A stretch of 64,000 bases of DNA, taken from assembly GCA_905178155.1 (NCBI GenBank), contig CAJINV010000001.1:3401675-3465674 (forward strand). Direction: 5' to 3'. Each line of letters opens with the position of its first letter. Position 1 is the first letter of the stretch. Both the position numbers and the translations under genes were made by a program. The stretch comes from Amoebophrya sp. A120. Taxonomy: Eukaryota; Protista; Dinoflagellata. Positions 47,159 through 60,570 of the stretch are shown piece by piece. The notes below the pieces were generated by a model that saw only the letters and a list, made by a program, of their open reading frames with translations, was not told where the DNA came from and made no database searches.

Positions 47159-48650
47159 AAGAAATTTTAAACTACGCACTGCAAAGGAGCGTTGAACTCT
47201 TTTCTTTTCCAAGACCTTTTGCACGACAGCGCGCATGAAAGTTTGAAGCAATAAGCAATGACCGTTGTGTGGACCTCCTGGCACATCAGATGCTCATGAA
47301 GTAACGGTCGCGTCTGTGGCTTATGTGTTTGATTGTCGTGGCTGAGAGAGTGGATTGTTAGAGCAGGACGTCTTGCAGAGCGAAACTAGAGCAGCGACTC
47401 GCGATAGAGAGTGAGCGGTGGAGAGAAGTATGAGAGAAAGTTTCGGTTGTCACTGGTGTGTGTGGTAGTGCAAAATGAGACTTCCACATTTTTGCATCCT
47501 CGTCGCCGTCGACACATGATGTGCATACTCGTGCCTGCTGCTGTCACTACAGGACTCCATTTTACCCGCACAATACCCAGAATTATGAGAATATTGATCC
47601 ATTCCATATCATAGCAGGAGGATACTTCCGGTTCCGAACGGGAAGTTAGTAAAGAAATTTTGGTCCCCTTGTACATTACTACCCTTGAAGTTTTTTTCTA
47701 GTAAGTCAAAAATTGCATGCCTCCCTTCTACCCCTTTTGTAACGGAAGTTGACCTTGTTGTACTAGTTTGTTTCACGCGGCCCTCTGCAACTTCGACGGA
47801 AGACCTCCTGCGAGTGCCATTCTGTTTGCTCCGTCGGTGACAGGAGCAATTTTGAAACCTTATTTTTGACGACAAGCACACGCGCAAAGTGGAACAGGAA
47901 CAACCTGCAGCGTGAGCTCCGAAGCAGTGTGAAACGCTTTCCGCGGGAGCAGTACAGTATTGCACTGGAGGTGAAACAAAAGAGGGACGAAAGTAAAGAC
48001 GAACTAGCAGACGAAAATCGTCGCGCCCGGAAGTAGACAGGAGGTGGCACTGCTGGGAGCTGTGACGTGCGGAAGTGACACAGCAAGTTGACGCAGTGCT
48101 AAGAAGTACTCCACATTAGTAAGCCCGCGGTGTAAAAAGGAGAAAGCGAGAACGCGGTAGCGGTTTTTGTCCAGGCTCGAGTTAGAATCCAGGCGCGGAA
48201 GTGAGGTTGAAAGGTACTGTGTTGCAACAGTGCAAGGAGCTGAGAGCAGATAAGGAGGAAAGATCGACCACGCCGCTGCAAATTCATCCCCGCAGGACCT
48301 CGACCATACACGGTCTGCAAGAACCTCTGACGCAGCTTCCTCCCTTTCTTCAGTGGAAACAGTCCGGCCTTCTGCTTCGCGCGTTTGGTGTCGCGAACAG
48401 TGCTACGGAGATTCCAGCGCTGAGCCACAGTGCGCTGTTTTTTAGAAGTTGTCGCAGTACATCCCGGAAAGAAGCAGTTGTGCAACAGCTACCTAGCAGA
48501 AAATTTTTACGGAAAGTTGCGTGGAGCGGTCCTTGCGCCGGACAATAGCCACTCCGCTGTACTGACGCTCGTTTCCTCTTCCCCCGGCAAGGATTCTTTC
48601 TTGCCGCTCGCGTTCGGTAGGCCGCCGCTGAACGAGAAAAATCGCACAGT

Positions 48651-50546
48651 ATGTCTGGCGTGAGCCCAGAGCCCGTCGGCATGGAGGCCATGGACTCCGA
48701 AACGGCCATGATAAATCCAGCAGCCGGACAAGGCAAGAAACCAACGGAGAAGCGCCTTTCCGTGATAAAACACCTGAGTCCAAGAGCAATAATACAAGTC
48801 TTCCTCACCGTGCTGGCGCTCGGTACTTCTAACTGTCGGTTGATAGTTTTGCAGTTTTGGGATTTGGAAAATGCAAAATAAGAAGGCGTTGCTGTGCTCT
48901 CGTATGTGTATGTATCGGGAGAATTCCATTTTTCCTGTGATCACAAGTGATATTGCAACAAAAAAACATCACCAGGTTCCGCCGTCGTCGCATTCGTCTT
49001 CAGTATAATATTCCGGGACCATTTAGTGGTCCAATTAGAAGCGAATTACACGGGCATGACAAAAAAGCAAGACGACGGCACGTTCATCCTACCCTGTATA
49101 CGGTCGACCTTGCAAGACAAGTGCAACAATGATAACAACGACATGTGCTGGGACAGGTGTTGCCCGCCAGGTATCAAAGTGGCTTATTGATGCTTTTTTC
49201 GCATGAATTGTCGCTGTAGTCCACCCGAGGGATTTTTACTTTGGTCATCCCATGTTTGTAGTCAAAACTCACTCCGGCGAGGATCTCGATCTCCATTCTC
49301 AACCACCATATCAACAAAGAACTCTATCAGGCTACATCTGCGAGAGGTCACCCGTCGTGGGCCTGTATTGCCAAGACGGCGCCACAGTGTGCGGTGGCGG
49401 AGACACGAAAAAGGAGATATGAAATGCAAAAATGTCTGGGTCTGGAAGAATGCATGTTTGTCATGCTTGTCTGGCATGACTCTTAAATCTGTCACGCCGT
49501 TACCCAAAAGCCCCACTTTTCTGTGATGCAGGAACGCAGTTTGTCATGCAGAATAGGCAACACCTAGACGCTCAGAAACTTGTCATGCGGAGCCAGCATT
49601 TGTAGCCTCATCATGAGACCCCACCCAGCATCACAAGTTTCCAGACCCAGACACTTTTACATTTGATAGGAGAACTGGTGCCGCGATTTCGCCGATATAC
49701 CAGGCACCTGCAAATCAGAAGTGTGCCAGACAAAAAAGATGGTATTAGAGTTGATTTTGTAGTTTTACACCTCTACTGCTTCCATAACAGACCGCACCGG
49801 TGGAGGCGAAGCTGTGGTGCACATTCTGCAGTTTAAAGCGTTCCTGCGATGCATGTCTACAACTTAAATGTCGACAGTCGTTCCGTCCTCGACCACTCTC
49901 AGGTACACGACCTGACCCTGCCAGCGTTTTTCCTCGCGGGCATAGGTGTCGTCGCGGACGTGGTTGACTGCGTGGTCTTTTTCGCGGTCCCCGACGCCGT
50001 CACCTGCAAGGCCGGGGTCAACCTCTTCTCCTCCTGCGTCAAGTGGTATTTTGTTATGTGTTTTTGCTGTTTGTGCATAGTTTATTTAAGTTGCTGCTCT
50101 GATTGAGTTCTTAGCATGACAAGTTTACGTGATGTGCAAGCATCAAACTATCAACACAGGATCGCCTTCGGCGTTATCCTGGGAGCGGGCACGCAGGGGT
50201 TCATGACGGACCTCTACGATAACCAGTGCTTCAACAAGGAGGGGATGACCATGGTCCAAGAAACCGGTCAGTACTTGGTGTCGTTCGTGGTGTCGGAGGT
50301 ATTTTTGAGTTGATTTTTTTGCATCGGTTGTCGTTGTGGCAACTTGACCATGACAAATCAATGCGGCTTTATGCGTCGAGAATCGGCCTCATCGGTCGGC
50401 TCTTCTTTGTCTTTCGTAAAACAGAAAAAATGTTTCTGATATCAAAATTCAACTATCAGGTGATTTCCGCCCTGATTTCCCTCATCCTGGCACCAATATC
50501 AGCCTACTACGGTGGGAAGCTGATCGGGGTCCCCTACGTGAAATGA
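48651..50546 (+). CDS. Hypothetical multi-exon membrane protein with a Cys-rich loop; contains TIR element 49418-49668
   Basis: Exons CNNDNNDMCWDRCCPPG, YICERSPVVGLYCQDG..KKE|NWCRDF, then hydrophobic exons to stop at 50546. Confidence 0.55.
49418..49668. mobile_element. TIR introner-like element, family A termini (251 bp), DR ggaga
   Basis: tatgaaatgcaaaaatgtctgggtctggaa ... ttccagacccagacacttttacatttgata; DR 49413-49417 and 49669-49673. Confidence 0.92.
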
Positions 50547-50915
50547 GGTTCGTCTTTCGCGAATCGAACGCACCAAAACCTGCATGCCAAAGAACTTTTT
50601 TTATTTCTCTTTCTCTTCTGATCGAAAGGAAAATTGGAAATAAAAAGACATGACGAGTAGAAAAGCAGCGTTGGCAAGCGCAAAGCAGCGTGCGCGTTTC
50701 TCAATACAGAAGCTTGTGGTGCTGTTCCGCGGAATCCTTTTTGGTGTCGGTCTTTGTTTGCAGGGTAGTTTGATGAATGGTACATAGGCGCAAAGTGCTT
50801 TTTGTCCAAGTCGATTTGATCCAGTACTTATGTGGTGACTAGTGAAGCGAGAAAACCGGAGCAAGAAGTAGTTTTCAGTATACGGATAATTCTTTCTACG
50901 AACATCTAAACCAAC

Positions 50916-51743
50916 ATGCTCTCCGTCCCGTCAGTTGCTTTGCTCCGGGCGGCCCGAGCCGGGAGTCCACCCTCACTGACCGCGGATCTGCGACTCCCGT
51001 TTGCAGCAACCTGCAGCCGAGCCATTTCCAACCTCTCCCTTCCACGATTCCGCAACAAATGGGACTACGTGCTGCACCAGGGCGACTGGCGTCGACCGGA
51101 GGACTACGCGATTCCCACCGTCATGGCGAAGGAAAAGCCGAAAATACCAACGGGAAAAAAGGAAATGGCGGAGAATGTAAGCGTGTTACCCTTGTCCGCG
51201 GTGAGGGAGCTGAAGAAGCGAGGGAACAGCAGCAATTATGGCGCAGTAGAAGCGGAAGGTTCAGTATCTGCCACAGGAACACCTTTTACAACGCAATCCG
51301 ACAGCACGTCAGATCACATCCTCCAATCCACCAGCGCCACGAGTACATCCGAGGAGCTCGGCATAGATATCAGAAAACAGGATCTCCCGGTGTCCCTCCA
51401 GCGCAACGGACTCACGCCAGAGGAGGCGAAGAAGCGAAACTTAAAACGGCACGGGTCGGAGGTGCCAGACCGGGCGGAGCGGGTTACGACGGTGTACAAT
51501 CCGGATAACTTCGACGACATGCCGGAACTGAAATCGGAGTACTTTCTCTTTGCGGACTACTGCCTGTGGGCGGCGTACGCGGTGTTGTGGTCGGTTGCGT
51601 TATTCTCGCTGTACGTGGTGTTCGGGAAAAATCCGAATTTGAAGGAAAACCGCTGGATTTGGAACGTCGGGGAGTACGTCAGTCTGTTCGGCATCGTGAT
51701 GAGCATCTTCATGTGTTGGGCGGTCACCACTGGGGCGAGGTGA
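50916..51743 (+). CDS. Hypothetical protein with mitochondrial-targeting-like N-terminus and two C-terminal TM helices
   Basis: 275-aa ORF; Arg/Ser/Leu-rich N-terminus; two hydrophobic segments. Confidence 0.6.
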   Translation: MLSVPSVALLRAARAGSPPSLTADLRLPFAATCSRAISNLSLPRFRNKWDYVLHQGDWRRPEDYAIPTVMAKEKPKIPTGKKEMAENVSVLPLSAVRELKKRGNSSNYGAVEAEGSVSATGTPFTTQSDSTSDHILQSTSATSTSEELGIDIRKQDLPVSLQRNGLTPEEAKKRNLKRHGSEVPDRAERVTTVYNPDNFDDMPELKSEYFLFADYCLWAAYAVLWSVALFSLYVVFGKNPNLKENRWIWNVGEYVSLFGIVMSIFMCWAVTTGAR

Positions 51744-52587
51744 GGTTGAGTTTGTAACTTCCTTTCATTTTGTTTTTGCCTTGGGTGTTGAAAAAGATAG
51801 AGTGAGTTGCTCCGATCATGACAGAACAAGCCGTTTTGAAGATGACAGCTGGGAAAGGTTGTCAGAGTGGTTTCCGTGTATGCAGGAAGACAGCTTAGAT
51901 AGGCGCAGAGAAAACGAAAGGAGCGTTCGACGAGCCAACGAATGACAAAAGCCAAGTTTTGCTGTTCCCACTGTGCTCGTAATTTTTGGAAATTTGTCGA
52001 GAGACTGACGGAGCATGTCCACCAGAGTCATACAAAACATTTCGCGGAGCTATCGGTTTTTTTTTCCTACTTGTGTGAAGTGTTATGTCGAGCAACGCGG
52101 ATTCTACTTTATCAAGAGCGAGGGCACGCTCCGCTTACTTCATTTTTAGATGCGAGAATCCTTAGCATTCGGTACTTTTTCGTGCAATTGATTGAGCCCA
52201 GGAAGTTTTTTGAAATCGGTATCGTGCGACCACAAATTGCCCGTAGCGTCATTCTCTTCCGTACAGCCTTGCGAGCTTCTGAAGCTTCAGCCTACGTGCA
52301 AGACAATATTGTAAGACAGAATTTTATGTTTCCTTCTCCCAAAACCATCACTCCAGTGCCTGTGCACAACCCACAACCCGCCTGATTTTATCAGGTTTCA
52401 GAAAGCCAAACGTACGTAAAAAACAATTGTACAGCTAGTGTAAACGTCGTAAGCAAAAATGTCGGCGCGTCTGTGAAAGCCTAACCCTGTCTAATTTGGT
52501 CACTTGTTGCCAGATTAGACAGGTGGTTTTGTCATTCGATTAAGTGTAAAAAAGTAAGAGTAACAGCGAGGTTTATCAGGAGACAAA

Positions 52588-55569
52588 ATGGTGATGGCTT
52601 GGCGGCCTCTCGCTCGTCAAGCCACCCGCTCTTTCGCTCCGCGCACTGCGAGCGGCACCGCGGTGCGGGCGTTCGCATCAGGTACTCATGTTTTGCCGAC
52701 ATGCTTGATGGTATGCTGGACTGCAGCGTTTTATTGTTCATCTTCGTATTGGGCTACAAATCAATGAAAAATCCCAATCCACAGTTGCTTGAAGGAATAA
52801 CTACTTCACAAAACAAAGCAAAAAAACAGGCGGCAACAGCAACGGTTCCTCCGAGAACTGGGGGTACGAGAACATCTTTCAGAATGGCACCTTTCTCGAC
52901 ACCACGGAGTGGGTGAAGGACAACAAACTGTCCGAAATGATCGGGAACGTGCAGCTGGGGAAAAAAGGCCGGATTTTCACGCAGGTCCCGCCCGAAGTTC
53001 TCACTTCGATCTCCGAGTCGGCGGTGTTTCAAGTCAACCACTTCTACCGACGGTCGCACTTGCTGATGCTGCACCGGATCTTGAACGACCCGGCGGCCTC
53101 GGACAACGACCGCTACGTGGCCAAGGAGCTGCTCAACAACGCAGAAGTTTCTGCGAAGGGGGTGCTGCCCTCCTGTCAAGACACAGGAACCGCCGTGGTC
53201 ATGGCAAAAAGGGGATATCATGTACTTGATGTTGCGAGGCGTTTTTGCTTTTAGATTTTTGCAGTGCTTCAGCTTTGTGGTAGGTATTTGATGCTGCTTC
53301 TAAACGCAGTTATTTTGTCTCATGAAAAAAGAGGCTATTCCTTTTGCGTTTCAAAAATTCTATTCAAAACAAAACCCACACGACAGATCCTGACCGACGG
53401 TACCGACGAGAAGGACATTTCCCTGGGTATCCGCGACGCCTACAAGAACGGAAATCTTCGGTATTCCCAAGTCGCCCCGCAAACGATGTTTGTCGAGAAG
53501 AACACGAAGACAAATCTCCCCGCGCAGATCGACATTATGTCGGTCCCGGGAAACGCGTACAAGTTCCTCTACATCGTGAAGGGTGGCGGTTCGGCGAATA
53601 AAACACAGCTGTTTCAGAAAACCAAGGCGCTCTTGAACGACAACAGCTTCGAACAGTTCATCGTGCAAGAGTTGATGAAGCTGGGGACCGCCGCGTGCCC
53701 CCCGTACCACCTAGCCGTCGTGGTCGGCGGCCTCGGGGCGGACCAGAATCTCAAAACCGTGAAGCTCGCTTCCTGCAAGTACTACGACACGCTCCCCGAC
53801 ACCGGGTCGGCCAACGGCCGCGCGTTCCGGGACCGGGGGATGGAGAACAAAATCATGTTCCTCGCCCGCAACCTCGGCGTCGGCGCGCAGTTTGGCGGCA
53901 AGTACTTTCTGCACGACGTGCGGGTGATCCGCCTGCCGAGGCACGGAGCCTCCTGCCCCGTCGGGATCGGGGTGTCCTGCTCCGCGGACCGGCAGATGAA
54001 CGTGCACATCCAATCCGACGGCGTGTTCTACGAAAAGCTGGAGATGAACCCCAGCCAGTTGTGGGATTTAAAGGAAGAGACACTGCAAGTGGAAACGAAA
54101 GCACTGGACAGCGTTGCAGGTAACTATACTAGGCGAAGAACTTAAAGTTGTGTCTATGATGATCATGCCAGCAAATAAGCCCTGCAATAAAGGCATGAAC
54201 TTCACTGTAATTCCATTGCAAATTTTTAGCGGAGGACAGTTGGTATGACGTATGGTGACCAGATGAATTGATAAAATCCACCTCAGGCGTCGAGGAATCC
54301 CGCGAGCCCGGCCCGCAGATGCAGACGGTCGAGATCAACTTGGACCAGCCGATGCAGGACACTTTGAAGACCCTTACAAAATACCCTGTCAAAACCCGCG
54401 TTGCCTATGGATTGCAAAAATGTCTGGGTCTGGAAATTTGTGATGCTAAAATGTGCAGGATGAAAACACTTCCGAATGCAGTCCGGCATGACAACTTCCC
54501 AAAACGCTTTCTCATAGGCAATCCGCATGAGAAGCTGCGTTTTTGCATGACAAAAGAGGCCGCGACTTTTGTTGGTTATGCAATACAAATTTTCTAGGTA
54601 TGGAAAGCTAGCATTACAAGTTCTAATCTTCCAGACCCAGACACTTTTACTATCCATATTGCCCTGAACGGAACCATGATCGTCGCCCGCGACATTGCGC
54701 ACGCCCGGATGCTCGGGAAGTTGCAGAAGGGCGGGGCGGACGCGTTACCCGAATACATCAAAAACCACCCCGTCTACTACGCCGGACCCGCAAAAACCCC
54801 CGCGGGCATGCCCAGTGGGTCGTTCGGGCCAACCACCTCCGGGCGGATGGACCCCTATGTGGAGCCGTTTCAGGCCGTTGGGGGGTCCATGGTCATGATC
54901 GGAAAGGGAAACAGGTCACAGATGGTCACGGACAGCTGCTCGAAGCACGGCGGATTTTACCTTGGTATAGAAAATTGCTTGTTGAAGATAGGTGGTATTG
55001 CATTTTGTTCTTCACATAAATGTCGCCCTGATATTCAGATTGTTCAACTACAGCATGGGTCTTGTTTCCAAAAATGAACTACTCGTTTAATATACTGCTC
55101 AATCTCTTCACTAGGTTCCCCCGGTGGCATGGCCGCAACTCTGTCCGCTAACTGCATCAAGTCGGTTGAAGTTCTCGACATGGAGGAGCTCGGCATGGAG
55201 GCGGTGTGGAAGATCAAAGTGGAGAATTTCCCCGCCTTTATCGTCGTGGACGACAAGGGAAACGACTTCTTCTCGGAGTTCAAACCGGAGGACGGGCGGA
55301 TTCCCGAGGAGGTCAACAGTTCCATCTATGTCGTACTCGAGTTCTTCGAGCGGATTGACGCAAACAACGACCAGATGGTCGAGGCCACGGAACTGGTGGA
55401 CGGCTTCGACAATCTGACCACGGAGGAAGCGGCGGCGCTCGTGAAGAAGTACGACTACGGAAATTTTGGCGGGCTGAATCTCGATGAGTTCCTGAACATG
55501 GTCATGCACGAGGAGCAGCTGAAGATCGACGGGGAGTCGGCCAGAGCAAAACTCTTGTCGGGGGAATAG
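52588..55569 (+). CDS. fumA: Class I (Fe-S) fumarate hydratase, mitochondrial, with C-terminal EF-hand-like extension; several GT-AG introns plus TIR element 54406-54658
   Basis: [89 protein letters not shown]; transit peptide [16 protein letters not shown]. Confidence 0.95.
54406..54658. mobile_element. TIR introner-like element, family A (253 bp), DR ttgcc
   Basis: tatggattgcaaaaatgtctgggtctggaa ... ttccagacccagacacttttactatccata; DR 54401-54405 and 54659-54663; removal gives KTRVA|[10 protein letters not shown]. Confidence 0.95.
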
Positions 55570-58500
55570 AACAGACTAGAGAAGAGGGTCGGTCGTTTTC
55601 CCTCATGTCTTGTCCCTTTGTATGATGCATCAAGAACATTCACTACTACGCAAAATAATAACGCTTGAGTCTACTTAGTTACGCAACTTGTCAATGGCAA
55701 AACTTTTGAAGAATTATCGGCGCGCAGCACTGTACGGAACTACCCTATCATCTCTATTGTAACAACAACACCATATTGTACAGTAACTGTCTTGTGGTCT
55801 ACTACGCAAAATATCAAAGTTTGGCTATTTTCAGAACAAGCAAGAACACCCACTCTGTTGGCGACAGATTTTTGCTTCGACTCTCTGCGCTTATGGCCCA
55901 AAAGGCTGCACAGGTTATTTTTATCGGAGTGGATGTCGAGCGATGCTGTTGCTGACCAGTGGTAATTAATGAACGCAGTTTGAGTAGTTTTGGTAATATC
56001 GGATGAACAAATTGCAACTCTACACATCTTCCCGCAATCGAATTTACATTGGAGGCGAAGGTTGCGCAACTGCGGCGGTTATTCTTCTGGACCGCGATGC
56101 TATGACCCGCAGCACGAAATTCTACGAGGCCTGGAGGGAGAAAATAGACCCTGTGACTAGTAATTCACCCCGAGTCGACTCTCGAGGCCGAGTAGTTCTT
56201 CTCTTTGCGAAGTGGTGGTAAATGCAATTGGGATTATGCGTGCGCGCTTTCAACTCCAGCGTAACAAGATTTTCCCTGCAATTTTGTTTTCCAAGCTTGA
56301 GCTCCCTCGAATTTGAGCAGGTGCGCGTCGAGCAGTCTCTTCGTAGCGCCGCTTGATTTTCCGAGGATTTTTCACGTTCAGGTTTGTTTTTAGTCATATT
56401 CTCGTTTCTATAGTCTATTTTGGTTTTTTATTATCGAATCTGTACAGAATTTTCTTGATAGCTTTGTATCTTTGTTTCACCCGGTTATTTTCTCTTTTGA
56501 ACAGTCAAGGAGCAGACTTTGTTTTCAATGTAACGTTTTCTATGTCATGTATAGCCCTCCACTTCATTTTTACCAATTCACAAAAATACTTGGGAGTCCG
56601 ATTTTTTGGAACACGACACCGGTAATTCGCCACAACCTCTCTCATTCGAAAAAAATGACGGAAAGACTCTGCTGCCAGTGGTCTTCTAAGAAAAATCTAG
56701 AGGACACTCGGACGAGAGGCATTCCTTCTACAAATCGGATAAAATAGGTTTACAACAATAGTCACTATTAAGACATCAACATCTCATCAGGTTATTTTGT
56801 GGTATAACAGTAGCTAGTGCGGTAGCGGACCAAGACAAATACCGAAAGGAGCAGCATGTAGTGATAGCTGCGATCATTGCTCTTGGAGGAGCTTAGCATT
56901 GGCCGTCGTGTTTTGTGATTCGCTGCTCCTTGAGTAAAGAGTTTGTCACTCGTCTACATGGTTGTGCACATTTCTTTTCGGTGACTCAGGAACTCCGCGC
57001 CAGTCGAAAATGCCACTACACCGATGGGAAGCAACACGAAAATAGGACAACTAAGTTTTGGCTATTTTGTAAAAATAGCTCATTGAATACAGGACAAAAA
57101 CTAGGACAAAAACAACAACAGCACAAGAAGATTATAGCATGAAAATTTTATAACAGATGACAAACCGCCCCTTGCAGCTCTGACCGGGCGTGCGCCCAAA
57201 TTGATTTTTTGATGCAGAAAAAAGCTTCGCAAGACACCGTGCACGGACAGAGCCAGTGTGAACTGCATCTGCTACAGGTAAATAAGTAGGTGCCGTGCGC
57301 CGTGATACCGTGGCATTGTGCAGTAGCGCAGGTTCATTGTCCAGCAGTTAGAGTGACTCGCCAAGTTTACTATGCAGTACGTCTTTTCATCAATACCACT
57401 CTTGCAGATTGGATAAACAAAAACTAAAACGGAGTTTGCAATTTGTCTTCGCGACAATTTTAAAAAGATTACGCTTTTGAACAGAAAAATACTTTACAGC
57501 AAAAAGAACCACAATAGATAAAAAAAACTTCTCGCTCTCAAGACATCAGTCACGATCTGACGGTAATCGACCATTCCTTGTATGAGAGCCCAGCAGAGGA
57601 GTAAAAAAATACGAATCAAGAAATAGAAAAAATGAATAGATAGATTACTACAACAGCAATTCCATCCAGCCTACAGACTAAAAGTCGAGTCGTAAGCGAG
57701 ACGCTACATCACTTGCTCAGTCCGTTTTTTCAGTGGGTCTTTTCGATTCTAAAAAACAGCAGTTTTGACACTGTCACTCCAAGTGCGATCTTAGCCAGTG
57801 CTGTCGTCCCTCGTTTATTGACAACTTTTTTGTCAAGAAAATAAGAAGTTCTACAATTTTATAAAGACGTGTCCAAAAATTTTAGTATCAGTCCGATCTG
57901 TTCCGGCTACACTACACGGCAGTCTCTCGCCCGTAATCCGTCACCAAGCGGTAAGGGGGAGGGCATCGCGGAAAGTTTAGGCCGCGGTGATGCTCGTCTA
58001 AACGCCAGTGGAACTATTTGAAAAAACAACATAAAAGATTGTACCCGCAAACATAATAATTTTCTACGAACAACCAGATTATTATCTACGAAAGTTTCGT
58101 GCTAATTTTATCAAGCAAAAAATTCCAAAAAAAGCAAATAAACCACACCTCATGCACAACCACCCATAAACAACCACCTAAATTGTCACACTCTTCTACT
58201 CCCTAACAAAACCAATAAACAAATTTCGAGATACAAAATCGCTTCAACATCAAACAAAAAAATAATCACGGCTAGTAGAGTCGACCACAGAAGTTCACCG
58301 AGACATTAGCCGTGGAGTGAAAATAGTTTTGTCCTCAATAAAAAACAAAAAAGCATTTGCGAATATTCAGGAAATATTGCGCGCAAAAGGATAACGCCGT
58401 CAAGCTGCGACCTGACGAAAATAATAGGATGCTCGATGTAGTTTTGTGATTCAAACCGCGCGAGCTAGCAGCATAGAAGCAGTTGCGACGGATGTAGTGG

Positions 58501-59037
58501 AAATGGAACCAAGAAAAACCCAACACCTCAAAAACCCAAAGTATTATGTCATAGCGCCAGTGGCTTTATACAGGAGCACTGCACAGCGAGCACTGTACTT
58601 AGCTAGGTATCAGAGATGTGATATGTTAGCAAGCTGCCATATGTCATGTATGTGAAATGTGCACTCTGAAATGAAATCCCATGTACCAAGCAGTACAACT
58701 CACCTCTTCGACACCAAAGTACAATGTTTCTGCCAAGATGAAATTGCTCATGCTTGGTCTCATGCGAAAGCAAACAAATTCTAAAAACCCTGAGCACTGG
58801 CACTGTCCCTGATGCGTCCATAGCCATCTGCTGATGCCTTGAGATAGTTGTTCCGCGGTTCGTCATAGTAATTCAAGGAACGAGCTCGAGGTCGAGGGAG
58901 AAGGACACAGAGAACATGAGCAGTTTGTTGCCTCCAGAGTGATTTTGAGTGGCATGATCCGTTATTGTGGTATAAAAGAAAGATCCTGCTGAAGAGAGCG
59001 GCTTCACCTCAGTTTCAGTTCCTTTACGAAATATACC

Positions 59038-59739
59038 ATGTCGCGGCGGGAACTCACGGAAGACGATTGGCGCTATCACAGGCAGATCTGGGGGCAGCGA
59101 CGGGAAAGAATGAGGAATGGCGAGGCAGTCGTCTTGTACCACGCCACTACTTCTGAAGCGGCGAGCGCGACTCGACAGTGGGACATGTTCTACCAGGGGA
59201 GGGACCGAGGTTACGGGGGCGGACTCTATTTCGCTAAATCTATCGAAGATGCGAAGCGGCAGGGCGCACTGTCGAAGCTCAGCTCAGTGCAGATTCTACG
59301 CTGTACCGTGAATCTCGGCGGGGTCAAGTACCAGAATTGCGAAGGGAAGAACACTTTCTGGGGTCTGCTGAAGGAGGGGAAGGACTCGGTTTGCTTGACC
59401 CACATGGACGGTGATGAGTACATCGTCTTCAATTACGACCAGATTGTCGATGTCAATGTCGATGCCAGTGTAGCTGACTCCGAGGACGTCGTCGTCGGTG
59501 GCTCTGTCGAGGAGCTGTGCGGAAAGTTTGGGCCTCTGCTGGTGGAACAGGCAGAGTTTGCGGGCAGTGGAGGACGAGTTTTGGCTATGGCGGCTCAGCA
59601 GGAAGTGGAAGACGAGAAGAAGAAGAAGGAGAAAAAAAAATTTGTATCAAAAACGAAAACGCCACTCTTCAGCTCGAGCAAAGACTTGTCATGCGGCACC
59701 GCTGTGCACGCCGAAGGATCTGGGATCTCTCATGAGTAG
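59038..59739 (+). CDS. PARP-like (Gig2-type) ADP-ribosyltransferase domain protein, copy 1
   Basis: LYHAT, GYGGGLYFA, ILRCTVNLG, DSV, DEYIVFNYDQI: H-Y-E triad spacing. Confidence 0.75.
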   Translation: MSRRELTEDDWRYHRQIWGQRRERMRNGEAVVLYHATTSEAASATRQWDMFYQGRDRGYGGGLYFAKSIEDAKRQGALSKLSSVQILRCTVNLGGVKYQNCEGKNTFWGLLKEGKDSVCLTHMDGDEYIVFNYDQIVDVNVDASVADSEDVVVGGSVEELCGKFGPLLVEQAEFAGSGGRVLAMAAQQEVEDEKKKKEKKKFVSKTKTPLFSSSKDLSCGTAVHAEGSGISHE

Positions 59740-59943
59740 ACTTATCTAGGTGGTGCGTAGCAGTGTAGTGACTGAGCACGGCGAACGTCTACGCTGCGTG
59801 AGTATACTCATACGCATAAGGGATTGCCGCCGACATGCTCTTGCGTCCCGCCTTGCATGGAAGGGAAAGGCACCTGTGGTCAAATTTCAGCAGCAAAGAC
59901 TTACGTTTCGAGTAGAATGAGAGGGGATTTTTGCTCACGATAG

Positions 59944-60570
59944 TATGACTGGAATGACCTCAGTGAAGAGGAGCAAAAAGAGCACAGAAAGTTGTGGGCA
60001 CGTCGCCGCGAACGCCTGAAGAATTCTGCTCCACGAGAATTGTTTCACGCAACGAAACCCGAATTTGCCGTGAACATCCGGAAGGAGGAAAAATTTTATC
60101 GCGGACAGTGGGGGCTTGGCGGTGCCGGCATTTACTTTGCGACTACGATAGACGACGCGATCCGAAAGTCCAACATTCCGAAAGCGGACAAGGAGGCCGG
60201 CAAGGTGCGAGTTTTGAAGTGCATGGTGAACCTCGGTAACGTTAAGATGCAGAATGCCAATGGTTGGAATTCCTTCTCGAGTCTGATGAGGGAGGAGAAG
60301 GATTCCGTTTGTCTGACGCACCGACGTGGCACCGAGTACATCGTGTTCGACTACAACCAGGTGACCGACATCAAGATCGACGACTACGACATGGGCGCCA
60401 GTGGCCGGTTTCATCAGCTGCGACGCGAAGAAGACTTCGTGGCCTCACCCGCCCCGCGCTTCGGCGATTCGCCGCCAGTGCTCTATCGCGGTCTCACCGA
60501 TGACGTCACTGCTGGGTTTTCAGGTTTGCTTCGCGCACACTGTCCCGAGCTTGATCGCTACAATTATTGA
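59944..60570 (+). CDS. PARP-like (Gig2-type) ADP-ribosyltransferase domain, copy 2 (possibly exon 2 of the preceding gene)
   Basis: LFHAT, GLGGAGIYFA, VLKCMVNLG, DSV, TEYIVFDYNQV; no in-frame ATG before the domain, frame opens after AG at 59942-59943. Confidence 0.72.
   Translation, partial: YDWNDLSEEEQKEHRKLWARRRERLKNSAPRELFHATKPEFAVNIRKEEKFYRGQWGLGGAGIYFATTIDDAIRKSNIPKADKEAGKVRVLKCMVNLGNVKMQNANGWNSFSSLMREEKDSVCLTHRRGTEYIVFDYNQVTDIKIDDYDMGASGRFHQLRREEDFVASPAPRFGDSPPVLYRGLTDDVTAGFSGLLRAHCPELDRYNY

Noticed and set aside
47200-48640. Short ORFs such as 48201..48548
   Set aside because: No recognisable motifs or convincing start/splice context.
55570-59000. Gene-free, partly A-rich 3.4-kb interval
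   Set aside because: No ORF, repeat, TIR element or spliced-leader relic noticed by eye; treated as ordinary intergenic DNA.
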